The notes beneath the pieces were generated by a model. That model made no database searches and had not been told where the DNA came from. It saw only the letters and a program-made list of their open reading frames with translations. A DNA stretch of 7,545 nt, from the IMG/VR virus record IMGVR_UViG_2693429524_000008. The stretch is one strand, 5' to 3'. The DNA is from a virus (lineage: Duplodnaviria > Heunggongvirae > Uroviricota > Caudoviricetes). The position numbers were made by a program, and so were the translations under genes. Positions within the stretch are counted from its first letter, which is position 1; each line of letters starts with the position of its first letter. Of the stretch, positions 6,264-7,545 are shown piece by piece.

Positions 6264-6555
6264 CAAGTGGGTAACGCCACGCATGATGACGAGAACTACC
6301 GGAGTAAGCGAAGCCAGGTGCCAGTTAATACTGACTCAGTTAGTTCTGGCGGGTCTGGCGAAGGATAACGGCGGGTACGGGAATAAATTCAGACGCTGCC
6401 AGTAATGGCGGTTTCCTGCTGTGAAAATGGGCGGCTGGTGGGTGTTGGTAGCACCTGCCAGCCATTCGCTCATGCTTACTGGTCACAAGCGAACCACGGC
6501 CCACTGCTTTAGCGCAAAAGCAGAGTGAGCCTACCAGAGTTACGCTTACTGATCC

Positions 6556-7437
6556 ATGAAAAATACTGTAAAAATAAACAGTATTGATTTAATCAACGCT
6601 GATTGCCTGCATTTTATTCAGTCCCTGCCTGATGATTCCATTGACCTGATTGTTACCGATCCGCCTTACTTCAAGGTGAAACCTAACGGTTGGGACAATC
6701 AGTGGAAAGGGGACGAAGATTACCTTAAGTGGCTGGACCACTGTCTGGCCCAGTTCTGGCGGGTGTTAAAACCTGCCGGAAGCCTTTACCTGTTCTGTGG
6801 GCATCGCCTGGCATCTGATATTGAGATCATGATGCGTGAACGTTTCAACGTGCTTAACCATATCATCTGGGCGAAGCCGTCCGGACGTTGGAATGGGTGT
6901 AATAAAGAAAGTCTGCGCGCATATTTTCCTGCCACAGAGCGCGTTCTGTTTGCTGAACATTACCAGGGGCCATATCGCGGCAAAAGTGACGGCTATGCAG
7001 CAAAAGAAAGGGAACTCAAACAGCACATAATGGCACCGCTGATATCGTATTTCAGGGATGCTCGTGCCGAACTGGGTATAACGGCAAAACAAATTGCCGA
7101 AGCCACAGGTAAGAAAAATATGGTTTCCCACTGGTTTGGTGCCAGTCAGTGGCAGTTGCCGAATGAGGCTGACTATCGGAAGTTACAGGCACTGTTTTCC
7201 CGTATAGCGGCAGAGAAGTTTCAGGAACAACAACTGGAACAACCACACCACCAGCTGGTGGCATCTTATGATTCACTGAATCGCAAATATTCTGAATTGC
7301 TGGATGAGTTTAAATCTCTCCGGCGCTATTTCTCCGTATCAGTCTCCGTGCCTTATACCGATGTCTGGATGCATAAACCCGTTCAGTTCTACCCGGGTAA
7401 ACATCCGTGTGAGAAACCGGCGGATATGCTCAGGTGA
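6556..7437 (+). pseudogene. N6-adenine DNA methyltransferase (beta-class, phage Dam-like), 3'-truncated at the IS junction (methyltransferase-derived part 6556..7434)
   Basis: Catalytic motif IV, IVTDPPYF, near the N-terminus; the ORF ends ...YPGKHPCEKPADMLR-stop, six residues after the HP-x-x-KP motif that normally precedes the C-terminal AdoMet-binding motif (DPF-x-GSGTT type), which is missing. The TGA stop (7435..7437) is the first three bases of the IS terminal repeat. Confidence 0.75.
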
Positions 7438-7545
7438 ACCGCCCCGGGTTTCCTGGAGAGTGTTTTATCTGTGAACTCAGGCTGCCAGATCATCGTTTCC
7501 GATGGAAGCATAATAAGCTTTTTCTGCTTCTGCCGGAGGAGTATG
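7435..7545 (-). mobile_element. 3' terminal fragment of a second IS3-family (IS629/IS1203-like) copy in inverted orientation: right terminal inverted repeat starting TGAACC at 7435, transposase C-terminus on the minus strand (7477..7545)
   Basis: Exact reverse complement of 1..111; same reasoning as for the left-hand fragment. Confidence 0.6.

Noticed and set aside
6166-6405. ORF 6166..6405 as an independent gene
   Set aside because: Its 5' part overlaps the HTH ORF in another frame and looks like noise; only the 3' 40 codons look protein-like. Better explained as a frameshifted remnant of the replication gene than as a separate CDS.
6766-7276. ORFs 6766..7131 (-), 6836..7030 (+) and 7052..7276 (-) within the methyltransferase gene
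   Set aside because: Nested or antisense to a motif-supported CDS; odd composition (Cys/Phe or Pro/Val runs).
1-7545. Interpretation of the terminal inverted repeats as genuine telomeres of a linear element (tectivirus-like ITRs or hairpin ends)
   Set aside because: The repeats carry a transposase C-terminus and an IS3-type terminus and cut through two genes mid-domain, which fits IS insertion or contig edges much better than replicon ends; gene content is lambdoid, not linear-plasmid-like.
1-7545. CRISPR arrays, tRNA/rRNA genes, attL/attR core
   Set aside because: No short regularly spaced direct repeats, no tRNA-like cloverleaf candidates and no duplicated attachment core were seen by eye; a tRNAscan or CRISPR-finder run would be needed to be certain.

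Overview
This 7,545-bp window reads as the early/left arm of a lambdoid enterobacterial prophage (E. coli/Shigella-type gene content), bracketed at both ends by the same 111-bp sequence in inverted orientation. I interpret those ends as the 3' termini of two IS3-family insertion sequences (IS629/IS1203-like, recognised from memory, not database-checked). Leftward genes (minus strand): an integrase cut off after about 139 codons at the left IS junction, an excisionase-like HTH gene, a small acidic hypothetical, a DUF551 protein, a YfdR-like HD-domain 5'-deoxynucleotidase, a YfdQ-like DUF2303 protein, a YfdP-like small protein, and a CI-like repressor with an S24 (LexA-like) autopeptidase domain followed by a UUCG-tetraloop intrinsic terminator. 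Rightward genes (plus strand): a Cro-like HTH protein (YdaS/DUF1019-like), a CII-like regulator (CP76-type), a small region whose coding signal switches frame, an HTH replication-initiator-like N-terminal ORF that appears degraded, and an N6-adenine DNA methyltransferase truncated at the right IS junction before its AdoMet-binding motif. Divergent cI/cro transcription with palindromic operators is visible. I did not find a clearly novel defence system; the most unusual points are the IS-bracketed, immobilised architecture, a roughly 600-bp ORF-free leader downstream of a pL-like promoter, the frame-switching region at 5577..5935, and the YfdP/Q/R accessory module. No tRNA, rRNA or CRISPR array was recognised. 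All family assignments come from motifs and recalled homology; no searches were run.
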